Assembly (NCBI RefSeq): GCF_009914755.1
Contig: NC_060944.1
Source of the DNA: the human T2T-CHM13v2.0 reference genome, Homo sapiens
Strand: one strand, 5' to 3'
DNA: 64,000 bases
This document shows, piece after piece, positions 44,833 through 62,473 of this stretch (the stretch's first letter is position 1; each line of letters starts with the position of its first letter). The notes under the pieces are model-generated. The model searched no databases. It was not told where the DNA came from and worked only from the letters and a program-made list of their open reading frames with translations. Both the position numbers and the translations under genes were made by a program.

Positions 44833-47589
44833 TTAAAAAAAAAAAAGTGAGGGAGGAGGTTAAGGGAAGCATGCCTGGAAATCTATTTTGTTTTATTTTG
44901 CTGTAAAACAAAAAGAACACAGGAGAGATATGGTACAAGTCACAGAACTTAATAGTTATTAAATACAAAAGTACACCCAGAAGTTGGTTTGTTTAAAAAG
45001 TACACCAGAGCCAGTTTGCAGGTGGAATGACCTTCCTCCTAGACAGTTCAAAATGGTGGCATTTCTGTGAAATTAACTCAGTAAAGACTGAAGTGGCTTT
45101 CCCCAAGGAACCCTCTTTACCTCCAGGAAATCATCATATTATCCCAGCTTGTGAGCAGCCTCCAATATTGTCATCTCTGCTGTGTCCCTAACACAAGAAA
45201 ACGAAGGCCCTTCTGGTCACTGGGCAGTCACTCACAGGCACACAATCTGCTAACAGCATGTGAAGGCCTGAAACTCATGACCTGAAGGATGGGTGATAGG
45301 GAATTTTGTTATAGGAGTCCAGTGGAACACACTACAGCCATTGAAGTCTTATGTAATTCTTCACTTACTGATGTGGAAAAATATCCAAGGCTTTAAGTCA
45401 AAAACACAGTGTTAGACCATGCAGATGACTATTCATGTAAAACCGTGTTTGTGTGTGTAAGCGAGGCAGGTGCAGGGAAGAGAGAGAGAAAGGAATGCAC
45501 CCAAGCAAGAGCCAGCCTGGAAAGCACGTTCACCGGGATTTCAGTAATGCTTGGCAGGGGACTGCAGAATTTGAGAACCCCTTGATACCTAAATTATTTT
45601 TCATATATTCATATTATCCAAATGTTTATAATGAGTATGTAAAATTGTAGAACCAGAAAAAGCTATAAAGCTGTTTTGGGGGGTACTTCCAGGGCGTTCG
45701 AGAAAGGGATTTTTTTCAAAGCCTGAATATTTACTGCAAAAAACTCATCAATCATGACACCAGGCCATACTTTTTTCCAAACCTGTCTTACTTTTCAACT
45801 TTGAAGAAACCTTAAGACCCAAACAATATATAAAAGAGTATCTTTACCAATTCTAAAATGTTGTAAAAAACAGCAAATGACTTAAATTTTCTCTATCCAA
45901 CTTTTAAATTACTCCTTCTGTAACAGCACATACATGGTACATAATGCCTTAGAATGACCTAGTTATCTGGAGAAGCTTTGCTGTTTTTGTGTTTCTCTAG
46001 ACATCATTCACTGAAAAGGATAAAAAATAATAGAACTGGGCAGAAAGACATTTCTCTGTCCAGCCATTCAGCAGCTAGCACTGAGTAGGCATGAGCAAAT
46101 GTTTGACACTTTTGAATGCAAAGATGTGATGAAATTTCCAGTCACAATGAGACCCATTCCCAAGACCTGGGAGCCTTAGTCCATATGAGTCAACCTTTCC
46201 TTGTTGTGCTTAAACCTGACGCTGACTGACTGTCAACTGACAGAACAGAAGCTTCTTCATAGCACACTATAAAAGTGCTAAAGACCTGGTTTATGCTCAG
46301 AAATGATGTCTCTGGAAGAATACAAATGATTGTCCTCCTGTATGTAGCTAACCTAATACTGTCATATTTTGAAACACCACAGCCACCTTTCTGAGTAAGA
46401 CATAAGGTTCAGTTAGCAACACTGGTTCATAGAATTACATCTTTGCAATTAACACTGAGCCAAAGATTAAGATTCCCTCAGGTCTTTCCATTGAGAAAAG
46501 ACCAACATAAAGCACAACTGGGGTCCTAATTTGGGTGGATATCTGATGTGGAGCCAATCTGCAGTGTTTGCTGCCTTTGCAACCATTCATATTAAATTGT
46601 TGTTGTACTGACCCATCAACATTTTTCTGGTCTCATTCTTCTCCAGCCACTGACAGATCTCCATTTTTTTTTTGTCAGCATCAAGGGCACTTTTTAATAT
46701 GCCTGCTCTCTGCCTGTCAGTAGATTTGGGGATAACAGCAAGCCCGTCTCCATATTGTTACAAGCTCAGGCCGCTGTGTGGGCCCATTACATGGCCCAAT
46801 GTACTCCAGCTTTCCTGTCCCACTGGCCACAAAGTGTTTCCGTCCTGTCTTCTCATCACTACTCGCTGCTGCAGTAAGGAGGGACACAGGCTGCCTGTCC
46901 CCATCTTCCTTAACACCTTTGCTTGCTACAGATTCCACAGCCACTCATTCCTCTTCTCTGGCACTTCTTTCTCTCTCTTCCCTCTTCTCTTGTCTGCCTC
47001 CAGTCACTGGTCGGTTTTTGGGCCAAAGATCTGACCTTTTATAAAGTAAGCCAAAGAAAGCTTTGTTACAAAGCTTGTGGTCAGAAAACCTATCTCTGGC
47101 AAGCTAACCAAGCAAGTGTAGTCTCTATGAGGGAACCACATTGATTCCTTTACACCTAAAGGTCAGTTCAGATCACTCCTCTGCTCTTTGCTTCACTGGA
47201 GTGCCCCATCTTATCTTACTTAGAGTAACATCCCAAGTCCTTACTGGGATGCCAAAGTTCCACACCATCTTATCCCTATTTCCCCTCTCCCACCCCCGCT
47301 CCTTTCCCAGTTCCTTCTATCCTCCACCCCTCCACCCCTATTGACTTCCATGAGATTTCCAGTCTATTTATGACTCAGATCCTGGTACTTACTGTTCCTT
47401 CTGCTTAGAACACTATTCCCCAAAAATAATCACAAAGCTGCTCCCTTGCTTAACCCAGGTCTCAGTCCAAACCTCCCTTCAGAGAGGCCTTCCCTCACCC
47501 CAATATCTAAATAAGCATACACATACCCTTATCAAGCTTAATTTTTCTATCATCATTACCTGAAATTGTATCATATATTTATTATTTGG

Positions 47590-47726
47590 TTTTTTTGTTC
47601 TTGATTTTTAGAGATGGGGTCTCACTGTGTTGGCCAGGTTGGTCTTGAACTCCTGGCCTCAAGCAATCCACCTGCCTGGGCCTCACAAAGTACTAGGATT
47701 ACAGGCATGAGCCACTGCACCCAGCC
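47590..47726 (-). mobile_element. Alu left-arm monomer (FLAM-like), antisense
   Basis: Single-arm reverse complement. Confidence 0.85.
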
Positions 47727-47933
47727 TGTTATTTATTGTCCATCCACCCTAATAGAATGAAAGTCCCATAAGTGCTAGGGCTTCATCTGCAAATAGCAGA
47801 CACTCAGTCACTATATGTGGAATGACTTTAAAAACAGTGGAAACAGTCTAAGCTATGTAGACTTAAAGAGTGGTCAATCCCATTTGTTAAAAGGGCAACG
47901 CTTTACTTCCATCAAACTAGAAAAATAATCCTC

Positions 47934-48047
47934 TCACTTGAGCCTGGGAGAGCAAGGCTGCAGTGAGCTGTGATCACACCACTGCACTCCAGCCTGGGTG
48001 ACAGAGTGAGACCTCCATCTCAAAAAAAATTTTTTAATTAAAAAAAT
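47934..48047 (+). mobile_element. 5'-truncated AluJ-like fragment
   Basis: Exact 16-bp TSD tagaaaaataatcctc at 47918 and 48048. Confidence 0.9.
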
Positions 48048-48189
48048 AGAAAAATAATCCTCAAATATGACTCCCATAATCTTAAATAGAATTTACAGAA
48101 TGTCATCTAAGGTTTGCTCAATGTTTTATGATTATTAGCACAAAAGTCAATGAATGTCATGTGGTACAAATGGGCGTGGGCAGAGCTAT

Positions 48190-48710
48190 AAGCAGTTCTG
48201 TTGTGGGAGGTAATGTGCCAGAATGCCTTTCCTCTACTTTCTCGGAAAGACAGGAGCCAGAATGAGGTTCTATCTCTAGGAACAGGACAAGTGATCCAGG
48301 CTGACCAATCACAGTACCCCATCTCCCTCACCCAGCGATTGGTACAGGAATGGGTACAGGCCCTAGGGGAGTGGCCACACTCCTCTCAAGGGTTACTAGC
48401 TGCCAGGACATGTCAGGCTGGCAATGCTAGAGACCACCACACCTGTACCTGGCAGAGTTGGCCTGAGAATGAAGCAGAAGCACAGAAAACAAAAAACACG
48501 GAACCAAAGGTAGAGACAATTTTCCACCAAGTTGGGAGGTGGGAAAAGAGAGTGGATATGAGACTGGGTAAGTACCCTGACCACATACATCCCTGTGGAC
48601 AGTCATCTCTAAAGCCAAACGCTCCCTTAGACTGTTTAGTTACGTATGTCATTAAATCCTCTTTGGCATGGGTTTCTGCCACTTGCAACCTAAAAGTCCT
48701 AAGAATTACA
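48190..48710. mobile_element. Old MLT1-type LTR
   Basis: gtgatccaggctgaccaatcacagtacccc ... gggtttctgccacttgcaacc..aagtcctaa. Confidence 0.65.
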
Positions 48711-48964
48711 AATACAAATGTACTCAACATATACTACCCTCCTGGTGGAGCAGAATAATTAAGAAAAGAAAAAAAAAAGCCTAGTCTGGTTAAACATATA
48801 CATACAGGTGGCTGTCAAGAGCTGGGGAGAGGAGGGAATAAGCAGTGAATGCTTAATGGTTAGTTTTCCAGGGGTGATGAAAATGTTTTGGAAGAAGATA
48901 GAGGTAGCAGTTGCAAAATGCTGTTAATGTATTAAGCACCACTGAATTGTTTACTTTTAAATGA

Positions 48965-49389
<425 letters not shown>

Positions 49390-50310
49390 CTAAAATGATT
49401 AATTTTATGTTATGTGAATTTCACATCAATAAAAAAAATTAACATTCAAACAATGCTGCAAAGCACTTCTTGATGGTAGAATAGGCTTTTGCGAAAGAGG
49501 AAACTGGGTCAAATGGGATATACATTTCAAAGATCATTGATCTGTATTAACAAATGACTTTTCAGAAAGATTGTTCCAAGTTACAGTCCTATCAAAAATG
49601 GAGACAGCTTACACAGTATACTATCATCAGAGAAAAAAGACAACAGCAAATTTGCTAATATAATGGATGAATATATTTTAATCTCTAAGTTTATATATTT
49701 AGATTACTAGTGAGGAATAAACACTGAAAACATTCTTATGGGTCTTGGCATTTGTCCATTTGCAATTTACATATACATATATTTTGAACATTTATTTATC
49801 ACAATTTTTCTGGTTAATTACACGTTTTTTATGTATTATGTATGTAACTATTTCTCCTCTTATAAATTTCAAATATTTTTCCAGTTCATTATTTACTTTT
49901 TACTTCAAAGGTGATGTGTCTGTTTCTATATTTATTTATTTTAGGAGCAGGGAAAGAGAAATGGAACAATTCTTTCCAAAATAAATATTTGCAATATGAC
50001 ACACACAGACAAAGACACAGACACATGTTGAGAAAGACTAGAGGATATTTTACTTCCACTCCAGGAGTTCAGCATAAGCTATACCACGTCAAGCCTAACT
50101 GGCCAAATGCATCCTCATCTTATTAGATACTATAGAGTCCATGGAATCGAGAGAGAGTCTGCACTGTTTACACCAGGAATATGACCAGACAGAAATAAAA
50201 CACGGTAATCCCTAACAGAAGTTGTAAAGAAGCAATGTATGTCTTCAGTTCCCCTCTCTTCCATGCAGTTCTGAAAACACTATCAAAGATTTCATTTAAA
50301 AATTTTTCCA

Positions 50311-51165
50311 AATAACCCCATTTAAAAAATGGGCAAAGACATGAACAGATATGTCACAAAAGAAGACATACAAGCGGCCAACAAACATATAAAAAAGTGC
50401 TCATCATCACTAATCATCAAAGAAATGCAAATCAAAACCACAATGAGATACCATCTCACACCAGTCAGAATGGTTATTAAATAGTTAAAAAAAATGACAG
50501 ATGCTGGTGAGGCTGTGGAGAAAAGGGAACACTTATACACTGTTGGTGGGAATGTAAATTAGCTCAGCCAATGTGGAAAGCAGTTTTGAGTTTCTCAAAG
50601 AACTTAAAACAGAGTTACCATTTGACCCAGCAATTCCATTACTGGGTATATACCCAAAGGAAAAATAAATCATTCTACCAAAAAAAACACATGCACTCAT
50701 ATGTTCATTGCCATGCGATTCACAACAGAAAAACATGGAATCAACCTAACTGCCCATTAGTGGTGGATTGGATAAAGAAAATGTGGTACATATACACCAT
50801 GGAATACTACACAGCCATAAAAAAGAATGAAATCATGTCTTCTACAGCAACGTGAATGCAGCTGGAGGCCATAAACCTAAGCGAATTAATGCAGGAACTG
50901 AAAACCAAATACCATATGTTCTCACTTGTAATTGAGAGCTAAACACCAAGCACAAGGGGACATGGCAATAAGAGACACCGTACACTACCTAGAGGGGGGA
51001 TGGAGGGAGTGGGGTATGAGTTGAAAAACAACCTATTGGGCACTATGCTCACTATGTGGATGACGGGATCCATACCCCAAATCTCAGCATCACACAACAT
51101 ACCCACGTAACAAACCTGCACATGTACCCCCTGTACCTAAAATAAAAGTTGAAATGTAAAAAAAC
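50311..51165 (+). mobile_element. 5'-truncated L1 (L1PA15/16- or L1PB-like) 3' end
   Basis: ORF2 C-terminal remnant (WIKKMWYIYTMEYYTAIKKNEIM), 3' UTR, AATAAA and A tail. Confidence 0.95.
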
Positions 51166-51804
51166 AATTTCCTCACTAGCTGTAACAGGTCTTTGATTGG
51201 GGGATGGGGTGGGGAATGTGACTCAGTTTTGGTTTTCATAAATTTAAAACTTTACAATAATGTCTCTCCAATTTTGTTCTCATGAAAGACTATCTGGGGA
51301 ATTTGCCTAAGCCTGCCCTTGCCAACAGCTCTCCAGCATTACTGCCCCTCTTTCCCCCGAACCCCATCAAGGTTTACGAACACCAATCTCTTCTCCCTTT
51401 GGTTCACAGAAATAGTCCTTTCTTATATCTATTCCCCTTAGAATCCAAGGGATTGGTCTGATAATGAATGTGTGTAAGCAAAGGAGATTAGAGAATTCAT
51501 TTGGGAGAAACCACCACTCTTAATTCATGATCTTGAATCATTAATTTAATGTTGGGAAATTCTGACTGATGAAAACAAGCCTTTGGGGCAGGAAGGCTTT
51601 CAGGAATTGTTTAAGCCATGACGGACCAGCTCAACTCCCCAGTAGACTTAGATCTAGCTATTCTGAAATCACATTTTTGGTTGTTGTGGGTTTTTTTTAA
51701 AAAGTTACTTATTCTAAACTAAGATTGCAAGCTCTGGTATGCCTAGTGCTATGCACAATGTCTGCCACGTAGTTTGTGTTGGACATATAACTGCTGAATA
51801 AATA

Positions 51805-51985
51805 AAGGAACTCGAGCCAGCTCCCTGGGTTCAAATGCTGATTCTGCCACTCATTGGATGTGTAACCTTGAACAAGGTTCTTAACCTGTCTGTATCTCAT
51901 GTGTAAAATAGGGATAATGATATTCCCTATCTCTTTGGGGCAGATTAAATGCATTAATAAATGTAGAAATATTTAGGGCACTGTT
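51805..51985 (+). mobile_element. MIR
   Basis: cctgggttcaaatgctgattctgccact...accttgaacaag..cttaacct core. Confidence 0.8.
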
Positions 51986-52147
51986 CAGCACATAAAAAGT
52001 ACTAAATAAATATTATTATTATTGAAATAAGGGAGTAAGTTACCAACAGAAATCAAGATGAAAAAGAAGCTGCTCAGGTTCTCTATGCACTTATCATTTA
52101 GTGGGAAAGAACACGGATAAGGCATGAACACAAATAAACATGGTGTG

Positions 52148-52440
<293 letters not shown>

Positions 52441-52450
52441 AGCATGGTGC

Positions 52451-53395
<945 letters not shown>

Positions 53396-53581
53396 GGCTC
53401 TCATAGTCAGGCACAAGCAATGTCACAAGTACCATGCTTGTACTTTCAGGCATGGTTAAGGTTCAATGAATATGTGTCATCACCTGAAATCAAACACAAT
53501 ATCCATGGGCTCCTGAACTTTATCAAAAGGGATTTTTTTAACTTAACCATAATTGTAATATCAAAATTTGATTACTACTTT

Positions 53582-53874
53582 GTCCAGGCATGGTGGCTCA
53601 GGCCTGTAATCCCAGCAGTTTGGGAGGCCGAGGCGGACTAATCACTGGAGGCGAGGATTTCAAGACCAGCATAGCCAACGTGGCAAAACCTTGTCTCTAC
53701 TAAAAACACAAAAATTAGCCAGGCATGGTGGCACAAGCCTGTGATCCCAGCTACTCAGGTGGCTGAGGCATGAGAATCACTTCAACCCAGGAGGCAGAGG
53801 TTGCAGTGAGGCGAAATTGCACCACTGAACTCCAGCCTGCGTGACAAACCAAGACTCCATCTCAAAAAAAAAAA
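53582..53874 (+). mobile_element. AluS
   Basis: Dimeric Alu consensus. Confidence 0.95.
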
Positions 53875-55899
53875 GAGATTACAACTATTTTTAAAATAGC
53901 TGTGGCTTCAGTTTCTAAAACAACATAAAAGACATAAAATGGTTATGAAACATCACTTTTCTGAAAATTAAGGCTAAAACCCTGAATTGAGGATTCAGAA
54001 TGAACTCAGAAACAAATCTACTAAGAATCTATATGGTAAATCCTTTAAATGACATAATCTCTCTAAAATTCCTATTTTAACTTTATCAAATTCTCAATTG
54101 CTAGATTTTGCTAGCGGATTCTGGATCCTCTCACCTGAAAATGCTATTTGTATTGACACATCCAGGAGGCTTTAACTATGTAAAGATAACCTGTATTAGA
54201 GACCACCTAAAATACATTCACAAATAGATATTTAATAAATTTCTTTTATAATTAATATGAACTGATTGCTTAAGGTAGTAATTTGATTAAATGAGACTAT
54301 GAGAAGACATTTTGCAAAAGTGTAAACTGGTACATGAACATGAGATATCAACAGAGTTACATTTTATATGCGGTTAAGTCACAAGAAAGGCAAAAGTAGA
54401 AAAAATTAAAATGATCCTTTAACTCTGGAGTCATACCCAGCAGGGGGATGTTCTCACAATGAAAGGCATAAAGGAAAGAAGACTATGGACGACATGGCGG
54501 GTTCCTATGTCCCACCTTAGGTCCACTCTAGGGCACATGTTCATTGAGTGGAAGGGCACACAACATCTGTGCTACTTAAACTGGCCTCATTCTATATAGA
54601 TTTTCCGCCTTCTTGATGAATATTTAACATAAACGTTAAATGCATTTTTCAGTCACTCCCTAAGGAAAAAAAACAAAGCCTTCCAGATAACAGATGTCCT
54701 TTTTTTAAGAGGTTATGTGGCACAGAAGAGGGAGCAAGACATATTCAAGTTCCTATCACCACATGAGTAAGAAAACTGGCTCAGCAAATGACTTCACCTG
54801 CTACCTTCACAGAGGGTACAGAAGCCATGGTGTGAGAACTCCCTCCATGTCCCCATCATCTAGCACCCCATTCCTGCTTCTTTCAAGTGGCCTTAGAGGA
54901 AGAGGTGTCCCTCTTGTTAAGCCTGATCTCCCACCCCAGGCTCTCAGTCTCACTGCAGATCACACCGTTCTGCATTATTATCCCCCGTTTCTTCAGTTTT
55001 GCTCTTCATTAGCTACTTCTCCTATATAAACTCAAATTCCTCCAGTTCTAAAAAAATATAAAAGTCAAATCTCCATATACACAAACACCTCCATGTTAGG
55101 TACTCTTTCAACTCCAAGACCCAGAAATATGACTCAAGCTAGTTAACATGTTACCAGTTCCTGCAACTGAGCAGCTCAAGAAGGTCCTGGCAAAGACATG
55201 GCCAAACTCAGGACTCATGGGCTTCCTCTCACTCTCCACCTCTCTATTGTCATTCCCTCTGAGAGTAGGATTCAATTTAAGGCACATGCTCCCCACATGG
55301 TGGGAAAAACAAATGCCAGCAGCCCAGACTATATCTTCAGGGCTTGCAATCCAAAGGAAGGGAGCTCTCTCTCTCCCAGCATCTATGTTTCAAATCTCAG
55401 AGGAGAATGGGATTCTCAGACACTAAATGGGAAGAGATAGGATGTGGCTCCTCTTCTGCTTAAAACCCTTCACTGGAGTCCCAACATCTACTTACGCCAC
55501 AGGATAAAAGCCATTGTGCACTTAACTCCATGGTGCTACACACCATTACCTTTGCACAAGCTCCTCTCTCTACAGAACCCTCATCCCCAACTTGTCCATC
55601 TGGTAAAATCCTTTATCCATTATTCAAAACCTACCTCAGACCTAAGCTCCCTAAAGAAGCACTGGCTGGTGTCTCCAGGAGGCTTTGCTGCTGTTCCTCC
55701 TCTGCACCTGTGCCCACCTCTATGGTTCCACCACACTCCTCTGTGCCACTCAAAACCCTCACGGTAAATTTCATTGTTTACATGGCTATTTCTCCTACCA
55801 AACCATAAATCCTGGGCTTGTGCCTTATTAACATCCAAACACAGACTTACTTATATCAGGCATGCACTCACACAGTCTTTAAAACAATGTTTGTGACTT

Positions 55900-56193
55900 G
55901 ATTTTTGTTGTTGTTGATACAGGGTCTTGCTCTGTCACCTAAGCTGGAGTGCAGTGGCATGATCAAGGTTCACTGTAGCCTTGACCTTCTGGGCCCAAGT
56001 GATCCTCCAGCCTCAGCCTCCCGAGGAGCTGGGACCACAGCACATGCAACCATACCCAGCTAATTTCTTCATTTTTTTTGTAGAGAAGGGGTCTCACTAT
56101 ATTGCCCAGGCTGGTACTGAACTTCTGGGCTGATCCTCTCACTTAACCCTAGCAAAGTGTTGGGATTACAGCCATGAGCAATTGCACCCAGCT
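55900..56193 (-). mobile_element. AluJ, antisense
   Basis: Diverged Alu reverse complement; flanking cttgatttttt repeats. Confidence 0.92.
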
Positions 56194-56255
56194 TGATTTT
56201 TTTTTAATTCAAGTACAAGAATAGTTGTTTAATACCTTATATTCGTTATTCTTAA

Positions 56256-56657
<402 letters not shown>

Positions 56658-58664
56658 AAGGTTTTTTCTAAATAAAAAATTCTCTATAGTTTTATATTGA
56701 TACCCCGTTTGGTAACCAAAAATCAGTACTCTACATACCTAGTAAAAGTATTATGCCTGTCCACAAATAAAGTACTTACAAAATAAAAATCCAAATTATA
56801 AAAGTTTACAGCAAAATATTCTAGACCTACCAATTATCTCCCTTCTCAGAGTAAAAGATGGAAGCCAACCTTTTTCAGTTATCTTAAACGAGTTTGGACA
56901 TTTACCCTGTGTTCACTTTTCTCACATCAGAAGTCTAGACAACCTCAAGCCTTAGAGGGATGGATGGTGTATTTGTGCTACATATACGTGTCCAAAGTTC
57001 CATTTACATTCTAGAGGTTATAAATGTAATTGATGAAAAAACAGCAAAGGAAGCATTACGACAAAATCACTTTGTACCAAATAAGGTCAACAGAGAGAGA
57101 CCATACTAAGACTGCCTGAAGAGTTTGAAATTACACCTCCCAGCTTTGTTCTAGTTGTAGAATGTCCACGTGGCATTAATGTCCACGCAAATATTTATCA
57201 CCTGCTAGGCCTGCCAAGGTTACAGGGAAGGCAATGAACACTAAAACACCGGAGGAGATTGTTTATCGTCTGCCCATGCTCAAATCAAATATGATAATCC
57301 CAAGTCTCCCTAGAAAAATGCAGAAAAATGGACCAGAAAGAGAGAGGCCAATATCACAGCAACATTTCTGGGAGGCATGCAAAAACTGTTGTGATTTTGT
57401 TTCTATGTTATCATTCATTCTACTAGATAAATACATTTTCTGATATGTAAATTTCCTTTTGAATCAGATAACTAGCAGAAGCATAACATGGCCTTCATAA
57501 TCAGATAAGTCTCAGCTTTCCCACTTGCTGGCAGACAAGTAGCTATTCTCACTGAGCTTCAGTTTCCTCAGCTGGGGATAGGAACACTTCCTTTGTCACA
57601 GTTGCAAAAAGATTCAATGATGTCATGATGATAATAACCAATAAAACTAAATATATGATAGCATTCTATCATTTCATTAAGGTCCAGATCCCATGTCCCA
57701 CAACCCCCCAGACACGCCACTTGGATCTTGCCTTTTCTTAAACTCAACATGTAGAACACCAAACTCATCTTCCCCGTCCTTGCCCAGGATCCCTTCCCCC
57801 TTCCCAATTGTTCTCACTCTGTAGATGACACTCCTATTATCCCAAATACCTACCACCAATTATCAAATTATAAAAAGGTGTTTATTGGTAGTCAGACTAC
57901 AGTGAAAATGGCAGCCTCAATCCTTGCTGCTAGCAGGGCCAATGGAGCAACACTTAGAAAAGCACTGTGAAACAAGTCATCGAATGTTCAAACCCAGCAA
58001 TCTTACTTCAATAAAATCTAAGGAAATATCGAAAAAGCTGCTTCTCAAGATGTTTACTGCAGTATTACTTCTATCAGGAAAAGGGAAGGAAGAAAAAAAA
58101 GGAAAGAAGGAAGGAGAGAAAAGAACAAAATTTCACAATCCAGGAAATGGTAAGCTAAATTATGGGATATGGTCTCAACAAATGTTTGTACTTAAAAATG
58201 AGAGGAACAAAACATCAAAAATGCTAATGATAAAATAAAGACAACAGTTACAACTGTAAGTCAATTTGTTCCTACCTAGAGCAACATGAGCAACATATGC
58301 ACAAAAGGAACTATACGACAATGCTATGTTTTGCTCTGTTTGTATATACAGCATTTGTGAGAGACGGTTCTCTACTCTCTGGTCCAAACCCAGGTCACTT
58401 GATTTGACCTGAGTCTGGCTTCTGATCCCCCAGCCAGCCTCAGCTTCTGCTTGTCAGGCTACTGTTCCACTCCTTCCCCAGGAACCTACCCTACCCCTGG
58501 CCTATGCAGGACACTGGGGACATCCTCTGGGCAAGGGTCCTCAGTGCCCAACACCACACCTCGCCATGTTACTTACCATCACTGTCATGTTACTTCTGCC
58601 ACCAGCTCTTCCATCTTCCCCTGGTTGTAATTGACCTTCCCCTCTACTTTCCCAGATTCTAACC

Positions 58665-58988
58665 TTGCTATGTCCAGTGTGCAGCCACTAGTGACATATG
58701 GCTAATGAGCACTTGAAAAACAGCTAGTGTGAACTGATATGTGCTGTAAGTATACAATATACACTGAATTTCAAAAACTTCATATGAAAAAAAGATGTAA
58801 AAAATACTGATAGCATTTTATATTGATTACCTGCAGATATAATATATATTAAATACATGGAGTTAAATAAAATGCACTATTAAAATTAATTTCACCTGAT
58901 TCTTTTTACTTTTTAACATGTGGTCACTAAAAAAGATTAAAATTGCACATGTGGCTTACATTATATCTCTATTGGACAGAACTAGTCT
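58665..58988. mobile_element. MER33-like hAT fossil
   Basis: tgtccagtgtgcagccactag...gagcacttgaaa ... ttatatctctattggacag; about 320 bp. Confidence 0.82.
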
Positions 58989-59022
58989 AACCATTCTTTG
59001 GAACCCAGCGTAAGTAAAACGT

Positions 59023-59373
59023 TGATATGATTTGGCTGTGTCCCCATCCAAATCTCACCTGGAATTGTAATAATCCCCATATGTCAAGGGCCGGGTGGAG
59101 ATAACTGAATCATGAGGGTGGCTTCCCCCATACTGTTCTCATGGTAGTGAATGAATCTCACAAGATCTGATGGTTTTATAAATGGGATTTCCCCTGCACA
59201 AGCTCTCTTGCCTGCCACCATGTAAGACATGACTTTGCTTCTCATTCACCTTCTGCCATGATTGTGAGGCCTCCCGAGGCATGTGGAACTGTGAGTCAAT
59301 TAAACCTCCTTCCTTTATAAATTACCCAGTCTCAGGTATGTCTTTATTAGCAGAGTGAGAACAGACTACTACA
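59023..59373. mobile_element. THE1-type MaLR solo LTR
   Basis: tgatatgatttggctgtgtcccca ... aattacccagtctcaggtatgtctttattagcag..gagaacagacta.taca. Confidence 0.93.
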
Positions 59374-59580
59374 AATCTCCTTAAAGATGCCCCTATTTTT
59401 ATGACATTCTTAATTATCTCTTTTGTTCTCTGAAATCCTATAATGGATTCTACCATATACCTGACCATCTAATTACATAACACACCATAAATTTACTATT
59501 ATTTTGTATCTATTCTTCTCACTACATCAATGCCAGTTCTATATCCTAATTTAGGACTCATAGTAAGCACTCAACTTTTA

Positions 59581-60188
<608 letters not shown>

Positions 60189-60664
60189 GACATGGAATCT
60201 TTGCTGGAGCAATATGGTAATACACAGGGTTTTTTGGTTTTTGTTTTGTCAACAGTGTAGGAAGAACTGGAAGTCACAGGACCTAACAGCTCTTCGTTCT
60301 TCCTCTAACATAAGTAAACCGTCTGCTACATGGCTTGATACGTGTCAAGCCTGCCTGTGCCTCAGCTTACCCCTCTGTAAAATAAAGTTAATCATACCAG
60401 ACCAGTCTATAGCCAGGTGAAAGTATCTACATCCAAATTGGAGTTATTACCATGATACTAAGAAATACTCTACTTCCACAGCTAATTTTATGTTTCTCAC
60501 CCAGTTGTTTTAAATACAGACTACTTTTTAGGAAAAGAGAACAAATTCATCACTATTATCAAAAATAAGAAAGACGGAGAAAAATTACCTATCAAAATAC
60601 TGGTCCTATCCTATTAATGGTGGGAGATATGTAATGGGAAAGAAACTGTTAAAGGCCTACTTCA

Positions 60665-60830
60665 AGCTGAAGTCATTTATTCATCATACTCACAATAATC
60701 CTTTAAAAAGCAAACATTACCATACCCATTTTACAGAGCAAAGAAACCGAGGTTCAGAGACAGGCTACGTAACTAGCTCAAGTCATGAAGCTGCAGGCGG
60801 CAGGGACAGGCTGCAAATACCCAAGTAAGT
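60665..60830 (-). mobile_element. MIR
   Basis: ctcacaataatcct...cccattttacaga...gaaaccgaggttcagaga. Confidence 0.75.
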
Positions 60831-62473
60831 GGCATAATCTTTGCATACTTAAAAAAAAACTTTATTATCACTTGAAGATAAAATATATGAAAAGCAAAAG
60901 TGTTATATAAATACACACATAAAAATACAATAGTAATTACTATTCATTTCCTTCAAATAGTTTCCTTGATCTTGGCTTAATTCCTAACTTTCAGTTCAAG
61001 AGGCCTTTGTTTTCTAAGTAGACTTTTTTTCGAGTAGCAATGAAATAGAATATGTGATTAGGTAGGAACTAGTGCATTACGTACTACTTTTTAAGTCTTT
61101 AATAAATCACAGGAGCAAGTGAAAGTTTACATTAAATATTATGACTAGAATTCCTCAGACACATTTTACAAAAATCTAGTCCCTACAAAGATCACAGTAA
61201 TAAACAAAGCAAACTGGGCCACTCCACTAGTAAGTATATCAACAAAAAACATACACCTAAGGAAATATAAAAGAACCTCTCCATGTTACAAAACTGAGGT
61301 CATGATGAGTTCAGTGAAATGATAAAAGAAAGTTCCCTAAAATAAGACCTACACCTTAGAGTGAAACTACAATTTTACAAACTTGAAAAGAATCAACTTT
61401 CTCAGAATGGGAACAATGTACTGTGTGCTAAGAAATAACCTGATCTAGGTTTACTTGATTCTGCCTTTATAAAATGTAGCCAACTTAATCTTGCAGACCT
61501 GGACAGAACAAAAGTTTAAACGCTAAAGCACAGAAAAAGGCTCAAAGTATCAAACGCTTTAAAACACAGCTCAACTCTCCTTTATCAAAAATGTCCCTGC
61601 AGTAGGTGTTAATCAGTCACTACCAGGAACTCCACACAATGCAACCTGTGTATTGTGCAACCTGTGCGTGCATGGTATCTACAGGAAGTAGAAAATTCAG
61701 TTTACCAAGAACGCCACACTTCACTCTCCACACTTCACTCTCAAAAGTCTTGAAAACGAATCCCTGTAACAGCAACTAATTTACATTTCATTTCAAACTG
61801 AACAAGTCAGTGTAACCTCAAGGTATGTGAGATTGTGAATAACTTCACTTGGCAAAATCAGGTGTGGTTTGGTTTGGCTTGGGTTCTTCTCCCCCTCAGA
61901 GGTAGAATATAAATAGAAATAATCAGCAACTTCTGATCTCATGAACAAGATCTTTATTTAAAATCTTCACACGTTAAATCATTTTATGCAATATTCTTTC
62001 AAGTGACAGACACATTAGCACTAGGCGATTTTTGTGAATTTTGGGACTAAAAGACACCTGGAAGAAACATAAGGTGTTCTTTCCTTCGCCACCAAATACA
62101 CAGGTAAGTGTGTCTATAGATAGCAAAGGTGTTTTCATCCCAAAGAAAAGTTAAGACTTAGGATGTAAAAAAATACAGAAAACAAAACATAGCCTAGGCG
62201 AACCAGCTACAGATCACATGCAGCAGGTGACAGGAAGCCTTGTGGACACCTCACACCCACAGGGGCGAGCTTCATCACAGGTCAACTCCAAGCCCACCTG
62301 AGCTCCTCAGAACCTCCACCTGGCAGGCCATAAACCAGAAGGTGGCAGACAGCATCACTGTCATGCCGGTAATAAAGGAGAAGCAGCCTCCCTGAACCCA
62401 AGAAAACCACCCCTCTCTCCAAGCAGGAAGAGAAGGCCCCTTCACACCAAGGACACAAAGAAACTGAAGCAGC

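Noticed and set aside
46560-47040. Moderately GC-rich stretch with several overlapping ORFs
   Set aside because: Could not match any frame to a known protein or repeat; no splice or poly(A)/TSD support. A BLAST/Dfam search would be needed.
48201-48758. 185-aa ORF
   Set aside because: Lies in a degenerate MLT1-like LTR, non-ATG start, no recognisable protein similarity.
50571-50855. 94-aa ORF with WIKKMWYIYTMEYY
   Set aside because: Frameshifted remnant of L1 ORF2 C-terminus in a 5'-truncated copy; not a gene.
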